Source of the DNA: Deltaproteobacteria bacterium
GTDB lineage: Bacteria > SAR324 > NAC60-12
Assembly (NCBI GenBank): GCA_011522845.1
Contig: WTIF01000013.1
Location: 1-37,064, forward strand
Direction of reading: 5' to 3'
DNA length: 37,064 nucleotides
Shown: in pieces, positions 16,868 to 27,289 of the stretch
How the letters are laid out: each line of letters starts with the position of its first letter
Numbering within the stretch: the stretch's first letter is position 1
Notes under the pieces: model-generated
Seen by the model: the letters and a program-made list of their open reading frames with translations, nothing else
What the model was told of the DNA's origin: nothing
The model's database searches: none
Made by a program: the position numbers and the translations under genes

Positions 16868-18094
16868 TCAGGCCCCCTTCTGATTGTTAGGAACCCAGCC
16901 ACGCAGGGAAATATTATCTTCGATGAAACTACCTGCTGGAACTATTGTTGCCGGCGCCAGTGTTTGTCGGGCGCCAATGCGCACCCCATCTCCGATGAAT
17001 GCTCCAAGTTTGGGCAAGCCCGAGTCAACAGGTTCGTTGGCAGTAGAGACCACGATATTTTTTCCATCTGAAAAATGATTCACCGTGGTCAGCGCTGTAC
17101 CAAGCGAAACTCCTTCCCCGATCACGCTGTCCCCAATGAAAGAAAGTCGTCCCAGGTCAGACTTTCCAAAAAGTACGCAGTTCTTAAGCTCTGAGCCATA
17201 ACCGACCACTGAGTTTGGGCCGATGGCGCTGAAGGTTCGTACCAACGAATTGTTTCCAATGTAAGAGCCTTCTCCAATGAAACACGGCCCCTTGAGTACT
17301 GCACCACTCTCAATCACAACATTTCGCTCGATCACCACCGCCCCTTCCAACTGAACGTTCCCAGCCAATCTGGCGCTCTGGTGAATGTGCGCTGTGCGCC
17401 AAGCACTCATCATCATTTGGTTCGCTTCCAAAATGTGCCATGGGTAGATCACATCAATCCAGGTACCCTCCCAGAGATCTGCCTGCAAGCCCTCACCTTG
17501 AACCAGATATTGGTAACACGCTTCAATACTTTGATCATGCTGGCGCAGTAGGTCAAAGATTCTCGGCTGTAGAACAAATCCACCGGCAAAGACATAATTG
17601 CTTTGCATGCGTCCCTGGGGCTTCTCAATGAAGCGGCGGATCTTCATCTCATTGTCTAGGTAGACGTTACCGTATTCGTTAGAATTGCGAGGCAGGGTTA
17701 CCAACGCAACCTCCCGGCCTGTTTCAGCGAAAGCTCGTAGTAGTTGGGGAACAGGATTTCCATCCGCCAGCACATCTCCATAGACCAGTAGAAAAGGCTG
17801 CCGCTTCAGGTAGGGTTCGCAGCAGGAGAGCGCATGACCAATACCTAGCAGTTCCGGCTGCTCGACGTATTCGAGGCTCATTCCGAAGTCGCTTCCATCC
17901 CCAAAATGATCTCGCAGAGCCTGCTGCTCATGGTGCACTACGACCAAGGCCTCATGAACTCCAGCGTTGTGCAACCCATCAAGAATACTCTCCAGGATGG
18001 GGCGGCCTGCAATTCGAATCATTGGCTTGGCACGAGTCGCTGTAAACGGCAGCAACCGTGGGCTATAGTTTGCTGCCAGAATCACCGCTTTCAT
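16868..18094 (-). CDS. Sugar-1-phosphate nucleotidyltransferase + left-handed beta-helix acyltransferase (archaeal-type GlmU-like bifunctional enzyme)
   Basis: The N-terminus MKAVILAA...RLLPFT..R.KPM matches the NTP-transferase fold. The C-terminal third is made of hexapeptide repeats (IGEGSYIGNNSLV..., IGDSVIGEGVSLG...). ATGA overlap with cmk and a 1-nt gap to glmS. Confidence 0.7.
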   Translation of the reverse strand: MKAVILAANYSPRLLPFTATRAKPMIRIAGRPILESILDGLHNAGVHEALVVVHHEQQALRDHFGDGSDFGMSLEYVEQPELLGIGHALSCCEPYLKRQPFLLVYGDVLADGNPVPQLLRAFAETGREVALVTLPRNSNEYGNVYLDNEMKIRRFIEKPQGRMQSNYVFAGGFVLQPRIFDLLRQHDQSIEACYQYLVQGEGLQADLWEGTWIDVIYPWHILEANQMMMSAWRTAHIHQSARLAGNVQLEGAVVIERNVVIESGAVLKGPCFIGEGSYIGNNSLVRTFSAIGPNSVVGYGSELKNCVLFGKSDLGRLSFIGDSVIGEGVSLGTALTTVNHFSDGKNIVVSTANEPVDSGLPKLGAFIGDGVRIGARQTLAPATIVPAGSFIEDNISLRGWVPNNQKGA

Positions 18095-18783
18095 GAAGAC
18101 TCCGTAAGAAGGAAAGGTTGCAGGTGCTGCTCCAGCACAGACAACACCTGCTCAACATTCAAATTACTGGTATCCACCAAGATCGCATCAGCTGCTTTAC
18201 GCAGAGGTGCTTCGCTACGATTGCGATCCTGTTCATCTCGTTGCTTCAAGGCCTCCAAGATCTCCTCGAAACAAACACCGGGGTCCTTGGCCTGCAATTC
18301 GGTAAAGCGTCGACGGGCTCGAGTCTCTGGACTGGCTTCAACGAAAAACTTACAATCGGCCTGTGGCAAAACCACGGTACCAATGTCGCGTCCTTCTAGC
18401 ACAGCCCCTCGGTAGACACCCCCAATTTTTGCTTGCTCCACCAACTGACGCTGCTGAAACTTGAGTGCCTGCCGAATCGGTACAAATCGGCTCACCTGAG
18501 AGGCTAGTGCTGAAACCTCCTCAGTACGAATCGCCGAGCCAATCTCCTCATTATCACAAAACACCCGCCCATCTGCTTCCAGCACAATCTGCGTTTGTTC
18601 ACCAAGCTCCTGCAATGCCTCCTCGTTTTCTGGCTTGTCCAGACGGTTCCACTTCCAAGCCAAGCAACGAAACATTGAGCCGGTGTTGACATAAAGCAAC
18701 TGATTGCGTTCAGCCAATTGACGCGCCAGCGTACTCTTGCCAACTCCTGTAGGGCCATCTAACGCCACAATCACAAAAGCCAT
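18091..18783 (-). CDS. cmk: Cytidylate kinase
   Basis: IVALDGPTGVGKST P-loop, NTGSMFR, and GRDIGTVV motifs. 230 aa. Confidence 0.88.
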   Translation of the reverse strand: MAFVIVALDGPTGVGKSTLARQLAERNQLLYVNTGSMFRCLAWKWNRLDKPENEEALQELGEQTQIVLEADGRVFCDNEEIGSAIRTEEVSALASQVSRFVPIRQALKFQQRQLVEQAKIGGVYRGAVLEGRDIGTVVLPQADCKFFVEASPETRARRRFTELQAKDPGVCFEEILEALKQRDEQDRNRSEAPLRKAADAILVDTSNLNVEQVLSVLEQHLQPFLLTESS

Positions 18784-18794
18784 GCAACCCTTTC

Positions 18795-21449
18795 CTACTT
18801 ACCTTCCAATCGCTGCAGAGCATTGGCTGCAGCCTGCTTCATCTGCGGATCACTTAGCTCATTGCTGATCTTACTATAGATCGCCTTCGCGTCATTGATC
18901 CGTCCCAAGGCCTCGTAGCTCAGTCCCATTTGCTGCCAGGCTGTGAACTTTTGATTTTCGTTCAGCCCTTCCGCATGGAAGTAGGTTAATTGCAGGTAAG
19001 CAGCAACCGAACGTTCATGAGCTTGCAATGCAGCCGCAGCTTCTCCACCTAACAATAGCGCTTCTCGCTGGATCAATGGATTTTCACTGCGACGCAACTG
19101 AGCAGACCAGCTCTCTGCTTGTTCCCAGGCTCCTGAAGCACCAAGTCGTCCAAGATTCAAATGTTCCTTACCAATGCGAAGCATCCGCTGTTCACGCGCA
19201 GCCTGATCCGGCTCAAGATTATTGCGTAACCGATCCTCCCATAATCGAATCAAGCCCTGCCGGTGCGGAATTGTTCTTGTGGGTTCTCCCACGTACTCGT
19301 AGCGCTCAACCAACCAATTCCGAATCTGCTCTTCTTGTTCCAGTTTGAAGCGAGTGTCCGCCAAATAAATTTCTGAACGCTCTGTAAAACGCACATCCTT
19401 CAACCCGTAGTACAGGCGCAAAATCGCCAGCTTGGCCTCAATCCCCCAAGTTGGATTCAAAACATTTTGCAGTGAACGTTCATACGCTGGTAAGGCTTTC
19501 AGTGGATCCTTGATCTGTTCGTATGCCTGGCCACGCCGGAAATGTAACTCAGCCTGGTCCTTGGGATCTTTCATCTGAGGCAGCATCTGCAGGGCTTTTT
19601 CCAGAAAGCCTTCCCAAAGCTCCAACTCCCACAACAGGCTCAATTGTAGTTGCTGCATCTCCAGATCAAGGATTTCTGGATGGCTGAGCAAAACTTGCAG
19701 AGCTTCTTCGCGACGATTCAAATCCCGTAGCAACAGCACCTGCTCAATCAATAGATCCTTGTTCAAAGCCTCTGGATGAGCCTTGAGCAGCGCGTCCAGT
19801 TCTCTCAGTGCCTCTTCTGGAAGCTCCAAGCCACGATAAATCGCAACCAACCACTGCCAGGCACGAACCTGGTAGCGTGATGGTGGCTCCGCATCTACCA
19901 GAGTCTTCGCTTCTTTCTGGGCTTCCAGCCACTCTTCGTTCAGCATGGACAAACCGATACGGATCAGTGCTTTCTCTTCCTCACGGCCTGCCTCTACTGG
20001 AACCTGCCGGAGTGTCAGGCCGATTGCACGACGCTGATTCTCATTGCGCTTTGGATCCTCCAGAGCTGCTTGCCAGAAGTAGCAATCACCCAACCGAGTT
20101 GACTCTACAAACTCCTGAGTCACTTGCCGACAGCGTTCGAGACCTCGTTTTGTCTGACCTTCTGACAAATCCAGATAGGCGAGGCGATAAATAACCTCTC
20201 CCTTCAGAGAGATTGCCAAATCAGGGGAAACCAGCAGTTCCTCAAAGATTTGACGGGCCTGCTCTGGCTTCCCCGTTTCCTGAAGCGCCTGGGCTCTTAG
20301 TAAGCGAAATTCCTCTACCCTGGAGCGTAGCGCAAACTCTTCAACAGGCAGTGGAAAATCTAACAAAAATTCCCACCATCCCCAGGATGCAGCATGCCAC
20401 ATCGCTCGATAGGCCCCTTCACGACGTAGCTCTCGCTGACGCAGAGCGCGCATGGTTCGACGAACTTCCTTCTCATCCTGTTTACGTAAGGCCAACTCCA
20501 GTTGGAGCAGAGACAACTGATCTTCATCGCGTAACCCCCGCTTCGCCAAGGCCTGAACTTCTTGATCTAGTGTTTCCCAATCCTGCTGCTGCCAGCGACA
20601 CCAGGCTGACATGACAGCAAGTTCCTCTATTTCAGAATAATTATAGTATTTTTCAAAATACTCTTCTCGTAATCGTAGGACGGGACTGCAGTTCGCCCGT
20701 TCGTACTGATAGGAGGCTTCTTCTGCAACGAAACGAACCAGATTTTGTGCGTTGCCAGGATCCTGACGCAGTTGTGTAAAAATCGCTGGGACTTGGGCGG
20801 GCTTGGTCTGGGCTGCGCAATAGAGTTCGATGCGGGTTCCTTCGCGCAGATACTCTTTGCTGGTCTGTTCAACATCTCGTAGGCGATCCAACCACACCTG
20901 GCTCTCCGCACAATCCCCACGCCTTGCCGTCAGCCAAGTCAATGTTAGGTAAGCTGCAGATCTCAACCCGGGCACTTGTTCTGAATCAGTTTGTAGCCAA
21001 CCTTGTAGGTCATCTACAGCAGCCTTGAATTCTCCGAGCTGAGTCCTAGACAAGCCCAACCAGAATCCTGATGGTTTGGCCCAACGACTGTTGGGCTTCT
21101 TATCGATGATTTCGTAGAACCGATCTCGCGCCAGTGCAAAGTCACCATTCTGGAAACTCTCCAGCGTGGTCTCAAAATATCGACCGATCTGATCGAAGAA
21201 GCTAACCTGCAAGGGCTCTCGACTGAGTGGACTGAAGTCGGGCAATGGGGGAAGAGAGACCGAACGACCCAGCTTGGGTGTGTTCAAAGAAAGATCTTGT
21301 TGGAAGGGAGAGATCTCACCCAGCGGGAAAGACCCGTAAGGGGTCTGTACTTGATCTGAAGGAGTGGCCAAGGCGCTTAGAGTGGTCAAACAGAATCCAC
21401 ACCCTAGTATAGCTCCTCGGAGCCAGCGTACAAGAACTGCCATGTTCAT
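18795..21449 (-). CDS. Large secreted TPR / helical-repeat protein (884 aa)
   Basis: N-terminal signal-like segment (AILGCGFCLTTLSALA). The rest is repetitive helical hairpins with TPR-like A/Y/L spacing. No catalytic motif was recognised. Confidence 0.6.
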   Translation of the reverse strand: MNMAVLVRWLRGAILGCGFCLTTLSALATPSDQVQTPYGSFPLGEISPFQQDLSLNTPKLGRSVSLPPLPDFSPLSREPLQVSFFDQIGRYFETTLESFQNGDFALARDRFYEIIDKKPNSRWAKPSGFWLGLSRTQLGEFKAAVDDLQGWLQTDSEQVPGLRSAAYLTLTWLTARRGDCAESQVWLDRLRDVEQTSKEYLREGTRIELYCAAQTKPAQVPAIFTQLRQDPGNAQNLVRFVAEEASYQYERANCSPVLRLREEYFEKYYNYSEIEELAVMSAWCRWQQQDWETLDQEVQALAKRGLRDEDQLSLLQLELALRKQDEKEVRRTMRALRQRELRREGAYRAMWHAASWGWWEFLLDFPLPVEEFALRSRVEEFRLLRAQALQETGKPEQARQIFEELLVSPDLAISLKGEVIYRLAYLDLSEGQTKRGLERCRQVTQEFVESTRLGDCYFWQAALEDPKRNENQRRAIGLTLRQVPVEAGREEEKALIRIGLSMLNEEWLEAQKEAKTLVDAEPPSRYQVRAWQWLVAIYRGLELPEEALRELDALLKAHPEALNKDLLIEQVLLLRDLNRREEALQVLLSHPEILDLEMQQLQLSLLWELELWEGFLEKALQMLPQMKDPKDQAELHFRRGQAYEQIKDPLKALPAYERSLQNVLNPTWGIEAKLAILRLYYGLKDVRFTERSEIYLADTRFKLEQEEQIRNWLVERYEYVGEPTRTIPHRQGLIRLWEDRLRNNLEPDQAAREQRMLRIGKEHLNLGRLGASGAWEQAESWSAQLRRSENPLIQREALLLGGEAAAALQAHERSVAAYLQLTYFHAEGLNENQKFTAWQQMGLSYEALGRINDAKAIYSKISNELSDPQMKQAAANALQRLEGK

Positions 21450-22543
21450 CCGGACGCTGCCGCGACGTCATCTCGAAATTTCCGTAGATCGTCTACGGTT
21501 TGATTCAGATTTTCTGCCGAGAACTCAGCCGCGTAGTGATAATTTTTCATTGAATTGAAGTAACGTGGGTCATAGTAGTCGTTCAATAAGATCGCTACCA
21601 ACTCACGCAACCGATTTTGGCGCAAACAGTCACGCAGATGATCCACCAACTGCCGACCTAATGCCATGCGCAGGGACTGCAAGATCTGGTCAACTTCTGC
21701 AACCGTTGCTTCATCTTCAACACGGTAATCGGCCAGAGTTCTATCGATTCGTGTTTCTAGTGAAGCATGCAGCAGGACTTTCTGACCTTCCTGCATTGCC
21801 TTGGCCAGCGGTGTTGGGATGAACACCGGACCGACCTTACGGCTCTCTCCTTCGATGAAAAATAAACGATCTGTTGGGAGAGTGAGCTTTGCCTGGTGCA
21901 ATAGTCCCTCAAATTGCCGCTGAGTTCGTGGATGCCGATGGATGCCACCAAACAACGAACTCCGGTGCTGTGCCAAGTCTTCCAGGTCCAGATGATCTGG
22001 CAGCTGTTTCAACAATAGCGTCTTGCCTACCCCGGTGGGGCCGTGCAGCACGATCAGGGGTGGCGACCACTGTTCAAGGGCTTGCAGAACATGTTGGCGA
22101 TAGTGTTTGTAGCCACCTCGCAGTTGTTGTGCGTTGAAACCTTCGCTGTTGAGCAGACGCACTACAGAAGCGGAACGCATTCCACCACGCGCACAGTAAA
22201 CGATCAGTGGTTGTTTCTGCCAGGGCTGAAAACTTTCCACCAATTGCTGCACACGCGGCTCGACATAGCGCAGCCCTGCAGCCATCGCGGACTCCGGACT
22301 GACTTGCTTGTAAAGTGTCCCGATCGTAGATCGTTCAAAATGATCAAACAGCGGTTGGTTGAAAGCCCCAGGGATGTGTCCCTGGGTGTATTCTTCGGCG
22401 GTACGGACATCGAACAGAGGCAGAGGAGAGAGAAATGGCAGCTCCGACACAGCGAGAGATGGGCAGGGCCCCTGCAGAAACTGCCTTGGAGAAACCTCAG
22501 TCACTGGCAGCCTTTGCCTCCTCCTCTGCTGGTGTTTCTGCAT
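21446..22543 (-). CDS. selU: tRNA 2-selenouridine synthase (rhodanese + P-loop)
   Basis: Rhodanese segment [32 protein letters not shown], catalytic CARGGMRS, P-loop GPTGVGKT. Collinear with E. coli SelU/YbbB as I remember it. The start is ATG 22543 or GTG 22504. Confidence 0.85.
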   Translation of the reverse strand: MQKHQQRRRQRLPVTEVSPRQFLQGPCPSLAVSELPFLSPLPLFDVRTAEEYTQGHIPGAFNQPLFDHFERSTIGTLYKQVSPESAMAAGLRYVEPRVQQLVESFQPWQKQPLIVYCARGGMRSASVVRLLNSEGFNAQQLRGGYKHYRQHVLQALEQWSPPLIVLHGPTGVGKTLLLKQLPDHLDLEDLAQHRSSLFGGIHRHPRTQRQFEGLLHQAKLTLPTDRLFFIEGESRKVGPVFIPTPLAKAMQEGQKVLLHASLETRIDRTLADYRVEDEATVAEVDQILQSLRMALGRQLVDHLRDCLRQNRLRELVAILLNDYYDPRYFNSMKNYHYAAEFSAENLNQTVDDLRKFRDDVAAASG

Positions 22544-23540
22544 CAGGTGGAAGTAACCCGTGTAACTGACGAACCCGATTCTCGATCACCTGAGCAATCT
22601 CTGTGTGCTCTGCCAGAAAACGAATTGCGTTGTCTCGACCCTGCCCCAGGCGTTCTTTATCGAAGGAGAACCACGTTCCGCTCTTCTGTACAATGTTGCC
22701 TTCTGTCGCATAGTCGAGAATCGTACCCAAGTGGGAGATTCCCTCTCCATAGATGAGGTCGACTTCCGTATTGCGGAAAGGAGGAGCTACTTTATTTTTG
22801 ACAACCTTGACCTTGATCCGATGACCACGAACTTCGTCGCCCTGCTTGATCTTGGTGGTGCTGCGAACGTCCAAACGTACACTCGCATAGAATTTGAGCG
22901 CGTTGCCTCCAGTGGTTGTCTCTGGATTGCCAAACATCACTCCGATTTTGGAGCGCAATTGATTGATAAAAATGAAGATCGTGTGCGATTTTGAAACCGA
23001 GCCCGTCAGCTTACGCAAGGCCTGTGACATCAGGCGGGCATGGAGCCCCATGTGAGAATCACCCATGTCTCCATCCAGTTCACCCTTCGGAACGAGAGCA
23101 GCCACCGAATCTACTACGACAATATCCACCTTGCCCACGCGGACCAATTGTTCAGCGATCTCCAGGGCCTGTTCTCCGTAGTCGGGTTGAGCCACCAGCA
23201 TTTCTTCCACATTGACTCCCAGCAGTCGTGCATTGCTGATATCAAGAGCGTGTTCTGCATCAATAAATGCAGCCACACCACCAGCCCGTTGCACCTCTGC
23301 GACTGCACAGAGTGCCAAGGTCGTCTTACCTGATGCTTCGGGTCCATAGATCTCAATAATCCTTCCCCGGGGATAGCCTCCCACCCCCAGCGCAATGTCC
23401 AACCCCAGGTTGCCAGAGCCAATCACTGAAATCTGGTTCAGAGCTTGGTCTCCAAGTTTCATGATGGAGCCCTTACCGAACTGTCGTTCGATCTGGCTCA
23501 TTGCCGATTCCAGGTCTTTGCGCTTTTCCTCGTTTATCAT
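22497..23540 (-). CDS. recA: Recombinase RecA
   Basis: GPEASGKTT Walker [10 protein letters not shown], and L1/L2 regions. [25 protein letters not shown] aligns with the E. coli N-terminus, so I prefer ATG 23540. The open frame continues to ATG 23603 (+21 aa). Confidence 0.95.
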   Translation of the reverse strand: MINEEKRKDLESAMSQIERQFGKGSIMKLGDQALNQISVIGSGNLGLDIALGVGGYPRGRIIEIYGPEASGKTTLALCAVAEVQRAGGVAAFIDAEHALDISNARLLGVNVEEMLVAQPDYGEQALEIAEQLVRVGKVDIVVVDSVAALVPKGELDGDMGDSHMGLHARLMSQALRKLTGSVSKSHTIFIFINQLRSKIGVMFGNPETTTGGNALKFYASVRLDVRSTTKIKQGDEVRGHRIKVKVVKNKVAPPFRNTEVDLIYGEGISHLGTILDYATEGNIVQKSGTWFSFDKERLGQGRDNAIRFLAEHTEIAQVIENRVRQLHGLLPPDAETPAEEEAKAASD

Positions 23541-23793
23541 GGTTTGTTCCGCAAGCAGGTGGTCGAAATGAAGCTGGTCGGTCGGCACGGACGCCTCAGC
23601 CATCAGAAGGGGGAGAATTAAATCGCAGTATAAAATTTGCTAGAAACTAAAGCGTACGAAAAGCAGGGTTAAGGTGCAATGAAAATCCAGTGGTTACGGC
23701 AGTACTTGGAGTTTGATCGGCACTGTGTTACCTTTTCGGACTTTTTGGTAGATCCTTCACAAAATCTCCCAAGACACTCCATTATCTAACTTC

Positions 23794-24735
23794 ATGTCTC
23801 AACGTGTTTTAGTCACCGGCGGTGCCGGCTTTCTTGGTTCCTTCCTCTGCGAACAACTAATCCAGCAAGGCCACGACGTGCTGGCTCTGGACAATCTTTT
23901 CACTGGCAACAAGCGCAATATTGCTCATCTGCTGGACAATCGGAACTTCGAATTCATCCGCCATGACGTGGTTGAACCCATTCTGTTGGAAGTCGATTGG
24001 ATCTTCAACCTCGCCTGCCCAGCCTCACCCGTACACTACCAGTACAATCCAGTGAAAACCATCAAGACCAGCATTCTTGGTGCGATCAACATGCTCGGGC
24101 TGGCAAAGCGGGTCAAGGCGCGTATCCTACAGGCATCCACCTCGGAGATTTATGGAGATCCAGAGGTTCATCCTCAAACCGAAGACTACTGGGGGTCCGT
24201 CAACCCTATTGGTCCCCGCAGTTGCTACGACGAAGGCAAACGAGTCGCTGAGACTCTAATGAGTGACTATCGTCGTCAAAATGGAGTGGACACTCGGATC
24301 ATTCGTATCTTCAACACCTACGGCCCTCGCATGCATCCGGAAGACGGGCGCGTGGTCAGTAACTTTATAGTTGCCGCCTTGCGCAACGAACCGCTGGTGC
24401 TCTACGGTGATGGACAACAGACTCGCTCCTTCTGCTATGTCAGTGACCTGATTGAAGGAATCCTGCGAATGATGCAGCAGGAGAACTGTCCTGGCCCCAT
24501 CAATCTGGGCAATCCTGGCGAATTTACGATTCGAGAGTTAGCTGAACAGGTTGTGGAATTGACAAATTCTCGCTCCCAAATTACTTATCAGCCTGCCCGT
24601 GAAGATGACCCTGGTCGCCGCCGACCAAACATCCAGCTAGCCAGAGAGCAACTTGACTGGGAACCCACGGTGCCTCTGAAGGAAGGTCTCCGTCACACAA
24701 TTCACTACTTTGACGAGCTGCTTCGCAATTCCTGA
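23794..24735 (+). CDS. uxs: UDP-glucuronate decarboxylase (UDP-xylose synthase), extended SDR
   Basis: [21 protein letters not shown], the STSEIYG serine, and YDEGKR (YxxxK). 313 aa. Confidence 0.85.
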   Translation: MSQRVLVTGGAGFLGSFLCEQLIQQGHDVLALDNLFTGNKRNIAHLLDNRNFEFIRHDVVEPILLEVDWIFNLACPASPVHYQYNPVKTIKTSILGAINMLGLAKRVKARILQASTSEIYGDPEVHPQTEDYWGSVNPIGPRSCYDEGKRVAETLMSDYRRQNGVDTRIIRIFNTYGPRMHPEDGRVVSNFIVAALRNEPLVLYGDGQQTRSFCYVSDLIEGILRMMQQENCPGPINLGNPGEFTIRELAEQVVELTNSRSQITYQPAREDDPGRRRPNIQLAREQLDWEPTVPLKEGLRHTIHYFDELLRNS

Positions 24736-24745
24736 TGGATCTCGC

Positions 24746-27103
24746 ATGCCGCCATCACGTCTACTGATCGCCCTGGCCTTACTGTTCGGACTGATCCTGC
24801 CTACACTTGCTCTGGGTAATCAGGATTTCCTACAGCTGCAGCAAGAGATCCGCTCTGAGCGTCCTGTGCGTCAATTGGCCATCAGTGCCGACGAAGCAAT
24901 CCTTGCCTTGGGAATGCAAGATGGCGATGACACTGTTGTGGAATTCCGTGACCGACGTAGTGGTCGAATTCTAGGCAACCTGCGTTCTGCTAGCAATGAA
25001 TTGACTCACCTTAGCTTTCATCCGACTCGGCGGCAACTGTTCGTGGGTGGGGATAAGCGACTCGAACTCTGGCAAGTCGATGATCTGCCCGGTCGTGATG
25101 CAGAATTGCCCGCTCTGCAACAACGCATCTGGGAGAGAACCGTTCAGCAACCGATAGGACAGGCCGACTTTAGCCAACAGAAAGACCTGCTGCGCTGGAG
25201 TGAGGGACAACAACTCTACGAACTTGATACACAACCACCCTACTCCTCGCGCTTACTCTGGACAGGTGAAAAAACTGATCAACCTCTAAAACACTTTGCT
25301 TTCAGCCCCAACGAGCAACGCATTGCAGTCAGCCATGCCAATCAAACGGGAATTCGTTTGGTGGATTCTCAACGCCAACAGGTGTTGCCTCCGCTTGATT
25401 ACCACTTGCTGCCTCCGGTGGATTTCCACTTCTCGACAGACCAACAACTAGTTTCAATCGACGAAGAACGTAACCTGCTCTGGGGCAACTCGGAGTCTCG
25501 CCTGCAAGAGCACCGTCCTGAATTGGAACTTTCCAACCAGTCCAAGCCAGAGCGATTGCTACCGCTACCGGGTGACCAACTAGCAGTCATCTCAACAGAG
25601 GGAGACACCACCAAGGCGCACATCTTTAATCGAGAGGGCGCTGAACAACAACAACTGTTGCTTTACAGCGCCGGCAGCATTGCACGGAGTCCCACCGGAG
25701 CTTACCTGGCCAGTGCAGATTATGACAGCGTTCAATTGTTTGAGACCAAGGAACACCAGAGCCCGGAAGAATACATCCGTCAATTGCAGGATCGTGGTGC
25801 CAACGAAACCGCTCGGCGCTATCGCAACCAACTGGACACTCCGGTTGCCCTCGCAACTTCAAAAGCAACCGAAACCAGCACGGGACCGTCTTCGCTTGAA
25901 TTGCAAGTGGAGCAGTTGCGCAATGCAGAACGGGAAAAGGATTGGCTGCGAGCTGAAAGACTGCTGGGGGACATCCTACGTATCGACCCTCAAAATGCAG
26001 AAGCCCTCGCTGTGCGGGAACGGATGCAGCAGCAAGAGCAGGAAATTCAACTTGGCAAGGGAGAGCAGCTACTCAAAAACGGAGAGTACGATGCCGCCAT
26101 TTCCCAATTCAAGCAGGTCCCCAAGGACAGTCCACTCTACACGGAAGCACGACGCCAACTGGCTCTGGCTGAACAACAAATCCGAGTACAGTTGCGGGTT
26201 CAGAGTGCTGAGCAGGAAATGCGTTCCCAGAACTGGGAAGGTGCCCGAACTTTTCTGCTGATGGCGCTTGAACAAGATCCAAACAACTCACAGGTTCAGT
26301 CACTACTCGAAGAAATTGAAGCCAAGCAAACCAATGCACGCCTGGTTCTGCTGGCAGTTCTGCTGTTGCTGTTGCTTGTTGGCGGATTGCTAGGCTGGTT
26401 TGGTTGGAAATACAGGGAACGTATCGCGGGCTGGATGTCTCAGGAAGATCCACGACAGCAAGCTCGTGCAAGAGCCTACGCAGAAGCACAAGCTGCGGCG
26501 CAAGCGGAAGAACAACGCAAGTTCGCTGAACAACGAGCCCTGGATGAACAACATTTTCAGGAAACCCTACGGAAGACCCGAGAGCTGTTGCGGCTGGCGC
26601 AGCGCAAGGACACCGAACGTCAGCACGCTATGCGGCTGGTCGACTTTGAAGCTGAGATCAACCTGATCGAGCAACAAGCACTGGAAAAGCAGGCTCCCTT
26701 GCGACAGCTGGCGGGAAAACTCCTGTTCATCCAGCAAACCCTGCGCAGCCTGCGCTTCTACGTCCGGGCCCGCACAAGCCAGCGTGCAGAAGAGCAACAA
26801 CGCCGGCAACAACAATCAAAGCAGCAGGAACGGCAACAGTCTGGCTCTTCCCGAACCTCTGCCGTCGGGCAAAATTATTACGAACTCCTGGGCATTTCTC
26901 CAAAGGCAACAGTCAGTGAAATTCGGAAGGCTTATCACGAGAAGCTGAAAGAATACCATCCAGATCGACATCAAAATGCTGAATTCGACTGGATTCGTCA
27001 GCAAGCTGAATCAATGACCCGACTGCTTGGTGAAGCCTATGAAGTGCTGGTTCACGAAGAACAACGCAAGCGCTACGATCAGCAACAACAGGCACGTTCA
27101 TGA
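24746..27103 (+). CDS. Bitopic membrane protein: signal peptide + WD40-like beta-propeller + TPR-like region (periplasmic), one TM, cytoplasmic coiled-coil, C-terminal J domain
   Basis: Signal peptide MPPSRLLIALALLFGLILPTLALG. WD40-like blades (LSFHPTRRQLFVGGDKRLELWQV; FAFSPNEQRIAVSH; RSPTGAYLASADYDSVQLF). TM LVLLAVLLLLLLVGGLLGWFGW (about 26342-26404). J domain NYYELLGISPKATVSEIRKAYHEKLKEYHPDRH (HPD at 26957-26965). Confidence 0.75.
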   Translation: MPPSRLLIALALLFGLILPTLALGNQDFLQLQQEIRSERPVRQLAISADEAILALGMQDGDDTVVEFRDRRSGRILGNLRSASNELTHLSFHPTRRQLFVGGDKRLELWQVDDLPGRDAELPALQQRIWERTVQQPIGQADFSQQKDLLRWSEGQQLYELDTQPPYSSRLLWTGEKTDQPLKHFAFSPNEQRIAVSHANQTGIRLVDSQRQQVLPPLDYHLLPPVDFHFSTDQQLVSIDEERNLLWGNSESRLQEHRPELELSNQSKPERLLPLPGDQLAVISTEGDTTKAHIFNREGAEQQQLLLYSAGSIARSPTGAYLASADYDSVQLFETKEHQSPEEYIRQLQDRGANETARRYRNQLDTPVALATSKATETSTGPSSLELQVEQLRNAEREKDWLRAERLLGDILRIDPQNAEALAVRERMQQQEQEIQLGKGEQLLKNGEYDAAISQFKQVPKDSPLYTEARRQLALAEQQIRVQLRVQSAEQEMRSQNWEGARTFLLMALEQDPNNSQVQSLLEEIEAKQTNARLVLLAVLLLLLLVGGLLGWFGWKYRERIAGWMSQEDPRQQARARAYAEAQAAAQAEEQRKFAEQRALDEQHFQETLRKTRELLRLAQRKDTERQHAMRLVDFEAEINLIEQQALEKQAPLRQLAGKLLFIQQTLRSLRFYVRARTSQRAEEQQRRQQQSKQQERQQSGSSRTSAVGQNYYELLGISPKATVSEIRKAYHEKLKEYHPDRHQNAEFDWIRQQAESMTRLLGEAYEVLVHEEQRKRYDQQQQARS

Positions 27104-27282
27104 TTGAACAATTCTTCGATTGCCCCTATTGTTGGCAACGTATCTCTATCCTGCTGGATCCTTCGGAGGTAGAGTTGGACACGATCGAAGACTGTGAGGT
27201 CTGCTGTCGACCCATCCGCTTCAAAGTTCATCTCAATCTCGAGGGCCAGGTCCTCGACTTCTCTGTTCTCCCTCCGCACTGA
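27100..27282 (+). CDS. CPXCG-type cysteine-rich zinc-ribbon protein (60 aa)
   Basis: CPYC...IEDCEVCCRPI matches the CPXCG family signature. ATGA overlap with the J-protein stop. Confidence 0.7.
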   Translation: MIEQFFDCPYCWQRISILLDPSEVELDTIEDCEVCCRPIRFKVHLNLEGQVLDFSVLPPH

Positions 27283-27289
27283 GACAACA

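Noticed and set aside
22043-22756. 237-aa plus-strand ORF spanning the selU/recA junction
   Set aside because: It is antisense to two strongly supported genes. The translation is Arg/Ser/Pro-rich with no motif, so it is a shadow ORF. The same reasoning applies to 11846-12337(-), 17906-18415(+), 34572-35057(-), 25680-26261(+), 20213-20614(+) and 35816-36241(-).
23541-23793. Search for a LexA/SOS box upstream of recA
   Set aside because: I found no CTGT-N8-ACAG. The closest Bdellovibrio-type candidate is TTACGGCAGTAC, which has a 4-nt spacer and GTAC instead of TTAC-N3-GTAA. GGTTACGGCAG does not fit the Geobacter-type GGTT-N2-C-N4-G-N3-ACC. None is convincing enough to call.
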